Below are positions 1 through 14,440 of a DNA stretch of 64,000 nucleotides, in pieces. This DNA comes from the human T2T-CHM13v2.0 reference genome, Homo sapiens, in NCBI RefSeq assembly GCF_009914755.1, contig NC_060933.1; one strand, given 5' to 3'. The notes beneath the pieces were generated by a model. That model searched no databases. It worked only from the letters and a program-made list of their open reading frames with translations, and was not told the origin of the DNA. The number at the start of each line of letters is the position of its first letter. Position 1 is the stretch's first letter. The translations under genes and the position numbers were made by a program.

Positions 1-1489
1 GCGCCTGAGAATGGAGTGGGGCTGAGGAGGGGACACGAGGCTGTCTCAGGGAAAGGGTGAAGCTTGAAGACCCCCCAGGGCACCGGCAGCTCCTGAAGGA
101 ATTCCTACAGCCCGGCAGGGATGGACGCACCGGGGAAGGAGGCCGGTGTCCTGGGGTGCTTCGGCTGGAATTGCAGGGCCAGTGGGTTGGAATGGCTCCC
201 ACCTGCGGACTGGGACCTCGTGGCGCTGCCGAGTGGAGGTGCCTGGGGCAGGGGCCACTCAGCCGCCCCTGGCACTGCCTGAGCAGAAGAGGAGACTCCA
301 TCGGAACCAGCACTCAGCAGCATGAGCAGAAGAGGAGACTCCATGGGAAGCAGCAGGCATCGCGGTCCCTGATGTTCTTGAGGTTTCAGGCTGGCAGGAG
401 GAGTCCAGTTAGAGAGGGCCCAGAGGTGGAGAGGGGGCCTGCCGGGATCTCTTTTGGGCACCTTGGCTTTCGCTTAGTTTCGTGGGCCATTGTGGGGACT
501 CAATGAGCACTACGTGCCCCGGATAAAGCTGAATCCCCCAGCGGGCTGGGAAGCGGGGCTGTTTCCACCTCCACTTTGCAGAGCCCAGAGACACGAAGTC
601 ACAAACTCACCGGCTCATGGCGAGCAGGACTTGAACCCAGGGCTGTTTACTGCGGGGCCTGGCCCTCCCTAGGCTCTGAAGCAGAGTCCCCTGTGCATTC
701 CTGATCTCTTCGCCCCCAGAAAAGCATCCCCACGTCTATCTGTGCTTGCCCACTGCAGACCAGGCAGGGGCCGTGTGGCCAGGTGTCACCTCTGTAGCAG
801 TCAGCACCCAGGGCTGGCAGCAGGCAGTCTGAGGACCAGTGAGGGCAGGGCGCTGTGTCTGGCAGAGTGGCTGCTTGGGAGAGACATTTTCTCCCGGAGT
901 CTCCCCTGCCCAGGGTCATGGTTCTGGCACAGATGGCTCTAGGGAAACAATGACAGCCTTTGGCTGGGTCAGGCCTTTGCTTCCTCTGACCACTAATGGC
1001 CCTGGGCTGAAGGCCAAGAATGCACCAGGAACCGGGACGGGCAGGGCCAGGTGAGCAGGGAAGAGGGAAGGGTCCCAGTAAGGGAACTGGGTGCAGGGTG
1101 CCCAGCTGGGGCTTTGCAAGCAGCCATCAGGCAGAGACCTGGGGCAGAGGAGACTCCTGGAAACATGCACCCTGCAAGCAGAGGAGGTGGCGTGGGCCTG
1201 GCTGCGGCGCTCGCAGGTACCCCCTCAGCGTGTCATTGGCTCAGGGGCCCCACCCCCTTCTGTCAAAGGACTGGGAGGTCACCAGGGTCTGTCCAGCTGC
1301 AAGTCCCCGATTCTCTGCAGAGTCTTGTTCTTTGGGGCAGGCTGGGACCCCGGCTGCCTGTCACCCTGCCACGGCTCCGCAGCGGCCCATCGATCCCCCC
1401 ATCCCCTGCCAGCGGCCACGCCAGCGTGGGCCACTCAGACGTTCCCAGCCCCCAGGGCCCGATCAGGGCATCGACAGAACGGCACGCTC

Positions 1490-1610
1490 GCCATTTAATT
1501 AAGCTTAGTTTAATTAAAAACCTGGAGTTCTTTATTAGACTTGGTAATTGATTTAATTTTCTGTGGAATTCAAGTGCCAAACACCTCTTTTGTGTGAGCT
1601 TGTGAATTTT
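1490..1610. promoter_or_regulatory. Candidate distal enhancer with dense homeodomain sites
   Basis: TTAATTAA at 1495-1502 and 1510-1517 and TAATTG at 1545-1550, set in GC-rich flanks. Confidence 0.5.
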
Positions 1611-2386
1611 GGCAGGTGGAGTCGGACAGCCAAAAAGAAAAATCCCTCCTCCGCTGGGTGAGGTTTGTCTCACAGCAGCACGGGCAGAATCCTCTGCTGA
1701 CCCACCCTCCTCTCCCCTCGCTTCCCCTCCTCTCCCCTCCCTCCCCCTCCCTCCCCCTCCCTTCCCCTTCCCTCCTCTCCCCTCCCCAAAACCTCCCTTC
1801 CCTAGGCCAAGGGTTTTTCGCCATGGGGAAAGGCCGCCCTTGCTACTGGGTGGGGTTTCTGGAAATCCCACAGTGGCTCGGGTCTCTGCTGGTCCCCGGG
1901 CTGGCGGTGGAGAGGGGTTTCCTTAGGTGATCCCAGGGGGCCTCTGGATGGGGAGGAGGATGTGGGGTGCAGGGAATCCATTTTGTGGGTTATTTTTGGA
2001 AAGTTTGGTCCTTCCTGGACAGTTTCAGCCCTGCCTTGCTCCTGAGGGAGCTGTAGTCCTGATGGCAGGTGGTCTCACCCAGTGGTGCCTCACATGTCCC
2101 CAGCCAGGTCCCTAGAGTACAGAGCACCACGCGGTGGCTGCACTGGAGCTTGATGGCTCCCGGGAAGGAGCGGGACACAAGAAAGGCAGTGGGGTGTTTG
2201 CACACAGGAAACCCTTCACTCACCTGTCTCCCAGGAACGCCAGCGCCCTCTGCAGGACATGTGAGCCTCCAAGTCACCTCGAGATTAAAGCCCCCCAAGC
2301 ATCTGGAACAGCAGCTCCGGCGACAGCCCTTCATTACTGAAAGCCTCAGAAGGACACAAGCCCTCCTGTCCAGTATGCAGTGGTGA

Positions 2387-3131
<745 letters not shown>

Positions 3132-3164
3132 TATCAATCAATCAATCAATAGAATAGAGGTAAG

Positions 3165-3450
<286 letters not shown>

Positions 3451-3453
3451 TAA

Positions 3454-3500
3454 AATAGAATAGAATAGAATAGAATAGAATAGAATAGAATAGAATAGAA
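3454..3500 (+). repeat. (AATAG)n microsatellite, ~9 copies, derived from an Alu tail
   Basis: Read directly. Confidence 0.95.
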
Positions 3501-3509
3501 TGGAATAAT

Positions 3510-3768
3510 GGTTGAGCTTTGCGAAAACACTCTGGTGGTTCTTCAGACTCTGAAGCACAGTTACCATGTGACCAAGCAATCCAATTCCTGGGTTCAAACC
3601 CAAAAAAATGAAAGCAGGCACCTGCAAGAACTTGCACAGGAATGTCCACAGCAGCGTTACTCACAAAAGCCAAAATGTGGAAACAGCCCCAAGGCCCATG
3701 GATGGGTGAGTGGATAAACAATAGATCTATTGAGGGAACTGTGATGTGGGCCTAAAAAAAAAAGGAAT
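3510..3768 (+). mobile_element. Old L1 (L1M) 3' fragment
   Basis: TTACCATGTGACCAAGCAATCC...AGCCAAAATGTGGAAACAGCCC resembles an L1M 3' end. Confidence 0.7.
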
Positions 3769-3769
3769 G

Positions 3770-4317
3770 AGTGGCGTGATCTCGGCTCACTGCAGCCTCG
3801 AACTCCTGGGCTTATGTGTCCCTCCCACCTCAGCCTCAAGTAGCTGAGACTACAGGTGCACACCACCATGCCCAGCTTATTTATTATTTATTTATTTTTT
3901 GAGACAGAGTCTCACTCTGTCACCCAGACGGGAATGCAGTGGCACGAACTCAGCTGACTGTACCCTCCGCCTCCCAGCTTCAAGTGATTCTCGTGCCTCA
4001 GCCTCCCGAGTAGCTGGGATTACAGGTGTGCACCACCAGGCCCGGCTAATTTTTGTATTTTTTAGTAGAGGCGGGGTTTAACCATGTTGGCCAGGCTGGT
4101 CTCGAACTCCTGGCCTCAAGTCATCCACCTGCCCCGACCTCCCAAAGTGCTGGAATTACAGGGTGAGCCATTGTGGCCAGCCTAATTTATTTATTTTTGT
4201 AGAGACCGGGTCTCACTGTGTTGCCCAGGCTAGTCTCAAACTCCTGGGCTCAAGCGATCCTCTGGCCTCGGCCTCCCAAAGCGTTGGCATTACAGGCATG
4301 AGCCACTGCACCCAGCC
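3770..4317 (-). mobile_element. Nested Alus: AluJ-like element interrupted in its A-rich linker by an AluS-like element (~3880-4181)
   Basis: Right arm 3770-3878, then a full Alu, then left arm 4183-4317. Confidence 0.85.
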
Positions 4318-4334
4318 AAATGTTCGAACAGATA

Positions 4335-4815
4335 TCTGGGAACCCAGCAGCCAAGTCAAGTTGACACATGAAATTAACCATCACTCCATCCTCACGATTC
4401 TGAACCGCACGCCTCAGTGGCATTAAGTGCATTCACGTTGCTGTGCAAACAACATCTTCCTCCATCGACACAGCTTTCCCTCTTTCCAAACTGAAGCTCT
4501 GTTCCCACCCCCTCCCCCCGCCCCTGGCGTACACGCCTCTGCTGTCTGTCTCCAGGGCCTCTCGGAGGAGGAATCAGGCAGGCCTTGCCTTTTCATGGCT
4601 GGCTGCTTTCCCTGAGCACAACATCCTCCAGGCACGTCCCCATCGTAGCTCGTGCCAGAATTTCCTGGGGTTTCTTTCTGAAGTGAAGAAAATGTTCCAA
4701 AATTGACTGTGTTGATAGTTGCACACATCCGTGAGTATACAGAAAGCCATTGAATCATACGCTCTAACTGGATAAATTGGATGCGATGTGAGTTCTATCT
4801 CAATAAAGCTATTAT
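4335..4815. mobile_element. MLT-type LTR end plus L1M 3' fragments
   Basis: AAGTTGACACATGAAATTAACCATCAC is an LTR terminus; an L1 tail ends CTCAATAAAGCT. Confidence 0.6.
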
Positions 4816-4831
4816 TTAAAATATAGAGGTC

Positions 4832-5147
<316 letters not shown>

Positions 5148-8100
5148 TAAAATATAGAGGCTAAGTGCAGGCCGCCTGCCCCGTCATTCCCTATCTTGTG
5201 AGGGGCTGAGCGCTAGAGACCAGAAGCTGTGGATTTTCCAGCCAGGCCCTATTGGCTGAGGCACACGTGTGGCTCCCCCAAGACAAGAAGCTTCTGGAAA
5301 CTCATGGCGCCCAGCACCGAGCCAGCGAGCCAGCTTCCTTCCCTGCTAAGCCCATCCCACCCCGGCAGAGCTCCCTTGTCTCTGCCCACCCCAACCCGGA
5401 GGCTGCTCACCCTCAGCTCCTGCCCAGCTCTGGCCTCCTGGCAGCATAGCGAGCTTTCTAGAGCATTCTGGAGCTTTCCAAGGCAGCAACTGCAGTCCCA
5501 GCCATTCTCCAAAGCTTAATTCTGCTCTCACCTAGTCCCAGCTGTGACCAGTGCCCGCCTCAAGAAGCCTACAGCCCAGGGCCCGCCCTCCCTGCAGACC
5601 GGACAGCAACGCCACCTCTGGGAGACTCGTGGGGACGGGGCCCAGGGCAGGCTCACAGTGGGAGGCTGGCAGCACCTACCCGGGGCAGGGCCTCCTCCTG
5701 CCACTACCACGTCAGGCATCACTGAGAAGGAGGCAAGGCCTAGAGCAGTCGGCACCCTCTGCAGAGCTGGCACATCCAGGGAGCTTAGGGTCCCTGCATG
5801 CTTCTGGGGTTCAAAGGGCAGAGGGTGTGAGGGGCAGCAGGGAGGCTTGAGACCCTCTGGACTTCGAGATCACCATTTCTGCCCCAAAGCCGATGCCTCC
5901 ACCAGCACTGGCCCCTGCAGTCCTCGCAGCTCCCCTCGAGCTCAGGAGAAGCCCGCAGGACCCCACTCTCCCTCCCAGGGCTCCCTCTCCACCTCCTGGG
6001 GCTCCCTCCCTCCCCAACCTCCCCACACTCCCCAGGCTCCCGCACTTGCCAGGCCCTTCCCCCAGCCTAACCCTGGCTCACCATTTACTCAGCCTATTTA
6101 GCATCGTAATGCAGACTGGTTGTGCTGGGTCCTACAGGTATTGATTTTGCTCTATTTTACTGGTTTTAACTTAATGACTAGAAACCCCAAACAAATAAAA
6201 TTTCCTTTAAAAACTCAGAGAGATCAATGCTCATGGGCCAGAATCCCTATTCTACGAGCCGAAGGGACAGTCCCCTGGGTTCTCCGCATCATCGCTCATG
6301 GCCAGAGGCTCCCCGGGGGCTCGGGAAGGATCCCTGGGTGGGGGTGGGGGCAAGCATACCCCACCTGCTCAGGGCGGCCGCGTCCCTCCTAAAGCGAGAC
6401 CCCCACCCTCTGGCTGGTGAGGCTGTTTAAAAGCCTGTCTCCAGGTTGTAAAACTGGAAAAATTTAAAACTTATGATTCATCTGTTTCCATGTGTCCCAG
6501 GCGGCCTCTGAGGTTGGCCGGGCTCTGAGGCAAGGAGGGGTCCCGACCCTGGGCATGGATGCAGATGTGGAGGACCTCTCGGAGCACGCAGGTGCTGAGG
6601 CCCCCAGCCCAAGCCGCCAGGACGGTCCCCATTCCTGGCTGGTGGGCTGGGCCACAGGTCAGTCCGTGCCCCATGGCCTGGGGGACACTCCTCCCGTGCC
6701 CTCCTGCGGGCTGCCCAGGGCGGCTGCCTTTGCGATCCCCAAGGTCTCCCAGAGGTCCTGGGGTGGCAGGGGCCCCAGTTTATCCAGTGGAAGGGGAAAC
6801 TGAGGCAAGGTCCTGGACAGGGAGTCCTGGCTCTGCCTCTTCCCGTGAGACCTGGAACAAGCCTCCCGCCCTCCTAGGGTTCCAGGCTTGTGGTTGTGAA
6901 ACCAGGGGGCGCTCAAGGGACACTCAAGGCTCTCAGTTCTCCCCATCCAAGTCCTCCAAGTCAACAGGACCCCCAGGAGTGGGGGAGAGGAGGAGCAGAG
7001 CTGGCCGGGGGCCGGGGTGGGGAGTGGAGGCCTCGCCCTCCCTTGACCTCCCGGATCTGCCCCTGTGCTTCCGGGAGGGTGAGGAACCAGCAAGAACCCC
7101 CACCCCCTGCACCGAGGTCCCCAGGCCAGGCCTGCAGCCTCCCTGGAGGGAGCCCTTTATTGCCCCTCCCCAGAGGCCCAACCCAAGCTCCTCACCCTGA
7201 TGGCATTCATCCAAGAAGCCAGGATGAGGGTTCCCATCCCCACTGCTCACACTTGGGAAGGTTTTAAAACCAGCTGGGACCAGTTACAGGGACAGCAGGA
7301 CTTCTGTGCCCACTGGGGCCAGCCCAGCTACCTCCAGGGGGTCTGGGTTGACCTTGGCCTGGGAAGCCTGTGCATGCCGGGGAGGGGGCACTGGGCTTTT
7401 CGCCTGCTCCCTCAGCCCAGTCTCTGGATTGCACTGGCCCCCAGCAGCTGGAATCCCTGCTCCCCGGAGGCCCACCCATTTCTGCAGCCCAGCCCCCCAC
7501 CTCACCCCTCTCCCTGCTAGCATTTAGGCAGCTCCAGGGACACCCTGGTCACCCCATCCTGACTTGGGCAGGATCATAGAGCATATGATTTAATCTTCTT
7601 GTGCCTCAGTTTCCCCCTAGGTGCACTGGGTCCATGCCTCTGGGCTGGCAGAATTTGACTGCTGGGACACTTAGGCCCCTGGAGGAGTCAGGAACAGCCC
7701 CCTGGCCGGCTCTGCAGTGCACACGTGGTCAGGCCCTGAGGTGGTATCTCCTGCAGGTCTGGAGAGAGGCTGGCAGGTGGGTGGAGAGGCTGTTGAGAAG
7801 GGCACTGCCAGGGTCCAGGGCAGAGTCTCCACGTCCTACCCACCCACATGGGCTCCCTGGCTGTGCGCTCTGCAGAGGGTGACACGTCCAAGGAATGGGG
7901 AACGCAAGACTTCCCTCTGCTGGGTCACGGCTCCATCTCCAAGTCTGGGCCAGCAGCCGGAGGGCTGGATGCTATTTGCAAATTAGTGTTTCACCATTAG
8001 ACTTTCGGCTGTGGGAGGTGGTGACAAAGACCTTGGCCCCCCACACTTAGCTCTTGGGAACGGCTCTGCCTGGGTTCCCCCGAAGCACAAGCACATGTCA

Positions 8101-9414
8101 CCCGCCACCCACTCCGGGCCCTGTGGGTCCAGCTCTGCAGCCCAGCCCACCACTTACAAACACAGTAGGTCAGGCAAGAGGCTTCTGCTCCCAGGTCTTG
8201 ATTTTCTCATCCACACAACGGGCCTGAGCTCTACTGTGGAGGCCAGGACAATGGCAAGGACTGGAGGAGGTAAAATCCCGGGACCTCCAGTCCAGTGCCG
8301 CCCCACGTCCTGGGGATGCTGTGTGGATCGAGCATTACAAATGCATTTTGTAAGAAGGTGTTTGGGGGACTCCAGCCCCACTGGACAGATGGGAATACTG
8401 AGGCCCCAGAAGGCACCTGTGGGAAAGATGCAGGCTCCAGTCCTGGTTGCGACACAGACGCATGCCTCTCGGATCCTCTCTGCCCGCCATTTCCCCAGGG
8501 GTCAGCGTTCTCAGGAATGCTCAGGGCCTGGCGGCCCACCTGCTCAGAAGGCCCAGGCAGCTCTGCCAAGGCCAAGGGCAGCAGAGACCCTCCAGCAGGC
8601 CAATGTGCCCAAGAGTCCTCGTCCTCCAAAGCCCAGTAGCTTAAGCACGATTGAGGGATTCTGCAGCTGTGTTTCTGTAAGGAGGAAATCATTGACTCTG
8701 GTTGGGGGCAGGGCATTTGGGGGGCATACCTGGAAGGGGCACCATCACAGGAGCTGGGAGGCTGGCACCTGGACGGGTCCCATGGGACCCACTGAAGAGT
8801 GACCTACATGTGTGAGTGGCCCATGGCTGGGACTTGGAGAGGGGCAGGGAAAGCAGGGGTGCCGTTCCAGGCTCCCAGACAGCGTCTGCTCCGGGCAGAA
8901 ATTGTTTATGCGTCACCCACCCAAGGCTCCCGGGGCTGGAGGGGCAAACCCACCCACTCCTCTCTCCCCTCCTCCCCTTCCTCGTCCTCCACGCAGTGGG
9001 GGCTGCCTGGCTTTGGGATCCTCTTCCATTTCCTCTCTGCAGACATCACTCCTGGACCCAGTCCCCAATCCCTGGAAGGTTCCGGAGCCTGAGATGCTCT
9101 CCCCCCAACTCAGCCCATAGGTGAGACCTTGGCCTCCCTCACCTGCTAGGAAGCCCCTTGCTCGGGCTGCCTGCCCTTGGGGCCTCCAGGCAGAGCTGGA
9201 CTGAATCTACTTGAGGGAGTAGCACCATCCAGATGGGCCCCCAGTGGGCCGGGGAAGGGCAGGAGACCTGCACCTTGCCAGCTGCCCTGGCTTCCCGGCA
9301 CCCTGGGGGCTGGTGGAGCCCTGTTATCACTATGTCGGGGAGCAGAGCCCTGGGGTCAGGATGTGGGTGGCAGGAGGGCTTGGGGAACTTGGCTGTGGAC
9401 ATCTGGCCACCTGA

Positions 9415-9545
9415 TTTGGAGCTGGGCAGCACTGGGCAAGTTCTTCCCTACCCCTGGCCTCAGTGTTCTCAGCTGTAAAATGGAATAAGGACAGGTTGTG
9501 AGGCTTAAACAGTATAAAGTGAGGGAAAAGGCTTAGCTCATTCAG
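9415..9545. mobile_element. MIR fragment. Similar cores near 560-650, 6790, 7600, 11420, 16800, 35980 and 54950.
   Basis: GGGCAAGTT...CCTCAGT...CTGTAAAATGG MIR core motif. Confidence 0.6.
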
Positions 9546-9929
9546 TCCTGAGAGTAGCCACCCCGAGGAGGCCTGAGGGAGCGCCTCATAGACGATGCCT
9601 GTCTCCACACTCAGGTGGTTCTAAGAAAGAAAAGTCATCGGAGGACCCGTCCGGCTGCCACTCCAGCCCCAGCAGCCACCCCTGGTCACCAGGCCCGCAC
9701 CTCCGACCCCCTCCTCACTCAGGCCTTAGAAGGAAAGAGCTGCTGCTTCTACAACGAGGATGCAAGACCTGGGCGGGACCCCCGGCATTCCGGCTTCGCC
9801 GTCCTTCTTTCCACCTCCAACGGCAGAGCCACAAAAGGAACTTTCTGAGCAGAGCCCAAAGAGGTCCCTGAGGTCCCTGGAGCCTCCAATGGGCCCCCAG
9901 AGTCAGGGCAGAGGTGGCAGGTAAGGAAG

Positions 9930-10270
9930 TGTGGACATGTGTGTGGTGTGTGCACAGTGTGAATGTGCTTGTGTGTGTGCATCTGTGCATGTGTGTGTGT
10001 GTGATGTGCAAACGTGCACAAGTGCATGGGTGAGTGGTATGTGCACACACGTGCACGTGCACACGCATGTAAGCATGTATATGCACGACCTGCTGTGTGC
10101 AAACCCGTGTGTGCTGTGTGGTGAGTGCACATGCCTGTGCAAGCAAATGTGCACGCATGTGGTACAGTGTTTAAGCATGCACATGTGATATGTGGGTGCA
10201 CAAATGCATACGTACATGTGTGATATGTGCAATGTGTGTGTGCATGGCCGTGTGTATGAGTCCACGCACG
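9930..10270. repeat. Degenerate (TG/CA)-rich low-complexity repeat
   Basis: Alternating purine-pyrimidine tract. Confidence 0.88.
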
Positions 10271-12839
10271 CCATGGGAGAAAGGAGCCCAGGCTGGCTCC
10301 AGGACCCGCAGAGCCCCCCTTGCTGATGAAGTTCCCAGGCCCAGGCCACCCCCGTGTGGAGGAGGCACCGGCCACGGAGTCGTGAGTGGGCAGAGCTCCT
10401 CTCCCAGAGCCTGGCCAGGGCGGGCCCCACTTCCACCCAGCTGGTGCCCCTGCCTCTCAAAGCTGGTTTAATCTGATTGCTGCTGACCGGGTGAGAAGCT
10501 CCCTACCTGCCAGATGTTCTCCAGGATTCAATTGTTAATATCTTTCATCAATTATTGAAGGGGAGGGCTCCCTCTTTTCTTAAAAAAAGCAGCAGCACCG
10601 GCGCACAGGAGTGGCTCAGGTTACCCGGTCTGCAGGTGCCAACTTGGCTGCGAGGAGGGCAGGGAGGAGCTGAGCCCCAGGCCTCTCAGTGAGCTGGGTC
10701 AGCACCCCTGGAACAGCTGCCCGGGAAGGAGGGTCCCTTAGCTGGATGGAAGCTCCTCCACTGCAGCCCCTCCCTGCCTGGACCTACAGGGACTCTGATC
10801 TCTTGATCCTCACAACAGCCCCCCAGGGTGCCTGGCGGAGGGGATGGCACAGGGGGCTGTGCCTGCTCACAGGCTGCGCTCCCTGGGGCCGCATGTCTTG
10901 GGGCAACACAGTTAAGGGCTTGTGGTCTTCCAGGCTGGCTCCTCTGTGCCTGGCATCCAGCCCCTAACTGTCCGCTGGGACTGGCTGGTAGCTGGGCCGT
11001 GAGAGCTGACCTCCACCCCATTCCCTCCATGGGGAGCGAGCGTTGAGCTGCCACGCACCCATGGCGGGGCCAGGAGGGAAAGCCCAGGGGCCTTGGGACA
11101 CAGACACGGCAGCTGCAGCGGTGTGTCCACTCAGAGATGCTGTGTGGCCCACGTGGGTCCCCGGTGGTGCATACCAAGGTCCAAGGTCTCATTTTAGAGT
11201 TGAACATGAGGGTGGAATTGCCTCTCTGGCTTCGTAGAGCCGAAGGTGCAGCATGGAGGGGGAAGCAGGATCCTCAGGGCCAGAGCCGGGGCTGGGGTTC
11301 GTGCCCAGGGCTCCAAAATGCCAGCCCCGAGCTGCCCCACCCTGCTGGGCCTCCAGGGGCCACTCGACAGTCATCCTCATGCTCCCTCCAACCATGGAGG
11401 GCAGGTCCTGCCCCGGGTCCATTTCACAGATGAGGAAACTGAGGCCTGAGGAGGCAGCAACCCGATCAAGGCCACACAGCAGGTGGAGGGATGGAGCTGG
11501 GACCAAAGCCCCCATGGCCCAGCCCCGAGCCACGAAGCACGTGGCTGCCTCTGGGGCACCAGCAGCCAACTTGACCCCCATGCCCGAGCACAGAGACCAC
11601 CCACACTGCCCCCTGCCTGGCCTGTCACCGCAACACAGACGGGGCAAAAGGACACGTGTCCTGTTCAGCAAGTGTCTGGTGTCGTGACATCCGATCGGGC
11701 CATTCAGCCAAAACTCATTCTCTGGGGCCTCTCTTCGGCCCCTGAATTATGCAGGAGGCCAGGCCACACGGTGGCAGATGGCGGCGCACACAGTAACTGG
11801 AGCCCGGGCAGGCGGGGCACCCTTCCCCTCCCCCGCTGCTCTCCCCGGGGATGAAGACACACACACGGGGCGGGGGGGCCCCCCAGTCCCAGGGATTCCA
11901 CTGCAAGGGACAAAGGGCCCGCATAATACAGGTTCCAGCAACGTCCCCCTTAAATGCGTTTGTTCCTCTTTGAATTTGAATTCCAGACGGAGGGTGCAGC
12001 CTCGTTTGTCGTGTTCTGGGCGGGGTCCCTGGGCATGCGGAGCTCAGATGGACGGGAAGGCGGTGCCAAGAGGGCAGGGGCCTGGCCCAGCCAGGGAAGG
12101 GGTGGGGGAAAGAGGGCAGGCACCGGGGCCTGTCTACTGGGACAGGAGAGCCAGCACTTGCTGGGCAGCAGGGGCTGGGCTGTAATGAGGGGACCTGGGG
12201 CCCAGATGAGCAGAGACCAGGGGCCTGTATGGGCCAAGGGGGCTCCACCCCGGCATTCCGTAGAGTTGGTGCTGTCTGCCCCAGGCTTCCCTGAGCAGCT
12301 GGTGAGCTGGCAACATCTACTTTCGCTGGAGCACCAAAGTCACGAAAGCCGCTCTGCCGGGCCCAAAGGTTCAGGCACCCCCCAGGGCAGCTGAGGCCAG
12401 GCTGGCGTTGGACGGCGGGGTGGGAAAGGTGGGTGTTCAGGAAGACAACACAGCCTCGCTGCACCTCCAGGAGGGCAGCGGTGGGCATCCTGGTCTAGGA
12501 CAGAGCCCACCGTTAGGGTGGGGGGCAGAGATGCGGGGGCACTTCTGGGTCCCCGTCTTTGCTTGAGAGGTGGGCTTTCTGGTCCTCACTCTGTGAAAAT
12601 GGCAGCCCCGAGGCCTGTGCACTTCCCAGGCTGCAGGACACAACCTCGGGCCTTGAGCCGTCCCCACAGGCAGCCCCAGGCTGAGCTGGTTCCACCCCTC
12701 AGCCTCTCCCAGGCCCCCAGCCCCCGGCCCTCCTCCCACACCTGAAGAACTGGATGGAAGAGCTGGTCATTCCGACCCAGAGCCCACCCCTCAGTGCCTT
12801 GGGTTCCCTGGGGGAGCAGGCCCAGTGTGCGTCCATCCA

Positions 12840-13025
12840 AACAATGATTTATTTCAGAATTGAGTGTATTACACCGAGAACTTGCCAGTTCTGTCCTGCC
12901 AACGTGCACAGGAGATCTGGCTAATTAAATATATTATTCAGTGTAGCCTTGATTGTTGGAAATGAATCAGTTTAATTACAGTGAGAATCACGCATCATAA
13001 TTAACGTTCCAGCTTTAAATCAAAG
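12840..13025. promoter_or_regulatory. Candidate distal enhancer
   Basis: TGATTTAT 12845-12852 plus three TAATTA sites in ~100 bp. Confidence 0.5.
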
Positions 13026-13794
13026 ATGGAGGAGGGGCCTTCCTGCTGCACACTCTGGCATGGAAGCGGCGGAACCCAGGACGCACTGGGAGAAGCCACC
13101 ATGTTCGCCCACGAGGCCTGATTCTGCCCTGTGGAGGGGGACCTGGGCACACCACACACTGCCCTGTAGAACATGGACAATGATAGGAACAAGGCTGCAG
13201 GCCATCGAGAGATTTGGGGCGACTCGTCAGTAGAATTCCGGGACCCAATCTGGCACCGGACTTGGCTCAGGAAGTGCCAGAGGCTGTTGCTGATGCCAAG
13301 CTCTGCTCTTGACAAAGACCACTCGTCCCGTGGGCCAGGCCTGTGACCCTGCTGGCCGTGAGTCCCTGGGGTGGGTCTGGGCCTGACCTGTCCCTCCTCC
13401 AGGGTGGCCTGAGTAGAGTGTGGCGCCCAGACAGATCTGGACAGGCCGACCCTGATCTTGGAGGTCCTTGGACTCATCTCCGGCCACCCTCACCCTGGAA
13501 GCAAGCCCCTGCTTTCTGGGAGGCCACTGCCACCAGGCTCTCCGGGACAGTCAGATGTCTGCCCTCTCTCTGCAGCCCCGGGGCTGGGGCCCTGGGAGGA
13601 GGCTCAGGCCACAAGTCCATCTAGCCCCTTGCTCCCAAGCCTGAGGTCCCGCTGTGGCAGAGCCATTCTCTTGGGTCTGGAAGCCCCCTCCCTCTCCCAG
13701 GGAAAGCCAGGCTGACTGGCAGGGCTATGAACACCCTGGGAGGCTGAGTCCATCTTACCTGTGTCTTCAGGATCCAGTGCACCGACATCTGTGG

Positions 13795-14440
13795 AATGAA
13801 TGAGTGAGTGAGTGAGTGAATGAGTGAGTGAGTGAATGAGTGACTGAGTGAGTGAATGAGTGAGTGAGTGAGTGAATGAGTGAGTGAGTGAATAAGTGAA
13901 TGAATGAGCAAGTGAATGAGTGAGTGAGTGAATGAGTGACTGAGTGAGTGAATGAGTGAGTGAATGAGTGAATGAATGCGTGAGTGAGTGAATGAGTGAG
14001 TGAGTGAATTGAGTGAGTGAATGAGTGAGTGAGTGACTGAATGAGTGAGTGAGTGAATGAGTGAGTGATGAGTGAGTGAGTGAATGAGTGAGCGAGTGAA
14101 TGAGTGAATGAGTGAGTGAGTGAATGAGTGAATGAGTGAGCGAGTGAATGAGTGAATGAGTGAGTGAGTGAGCGAGTGAGTGAATGAGTGAGCGAATGAG
14201 TGAATGAGTGAGTGAATGAGTGAATGAGTGAGTGAATGAGTGAGTGAGTGAGTGAATGAGTGAGTGAGTGAATGAGTGAGTGAATGAGTGAGTGAATGAG
14301 TGAGCGAGTGAATGAGTGAGCAGGTGAATGAGTGAGCGAGTGAATGAGTGAGTGAATGAATGAGTGAGTGAATGAGTGAGTGAATGAGTGAATGAGTGAG
14401 TGAATGAATGAGTGAGTGAGTGAATGAATGAGTGAATGAA
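13795..14440 (+). repeat. Compound (TGAG/TGAA)n tetranucleotide array, ~645 bp
   Basis: Read directly. Confidence 0.96.

Noticed and set aside
10699-10722. RE1/REST-like TCAGCACC half-sites (also near 35263)
   Set aside because: The right half-site GGACAG at canonical spacing is missing.
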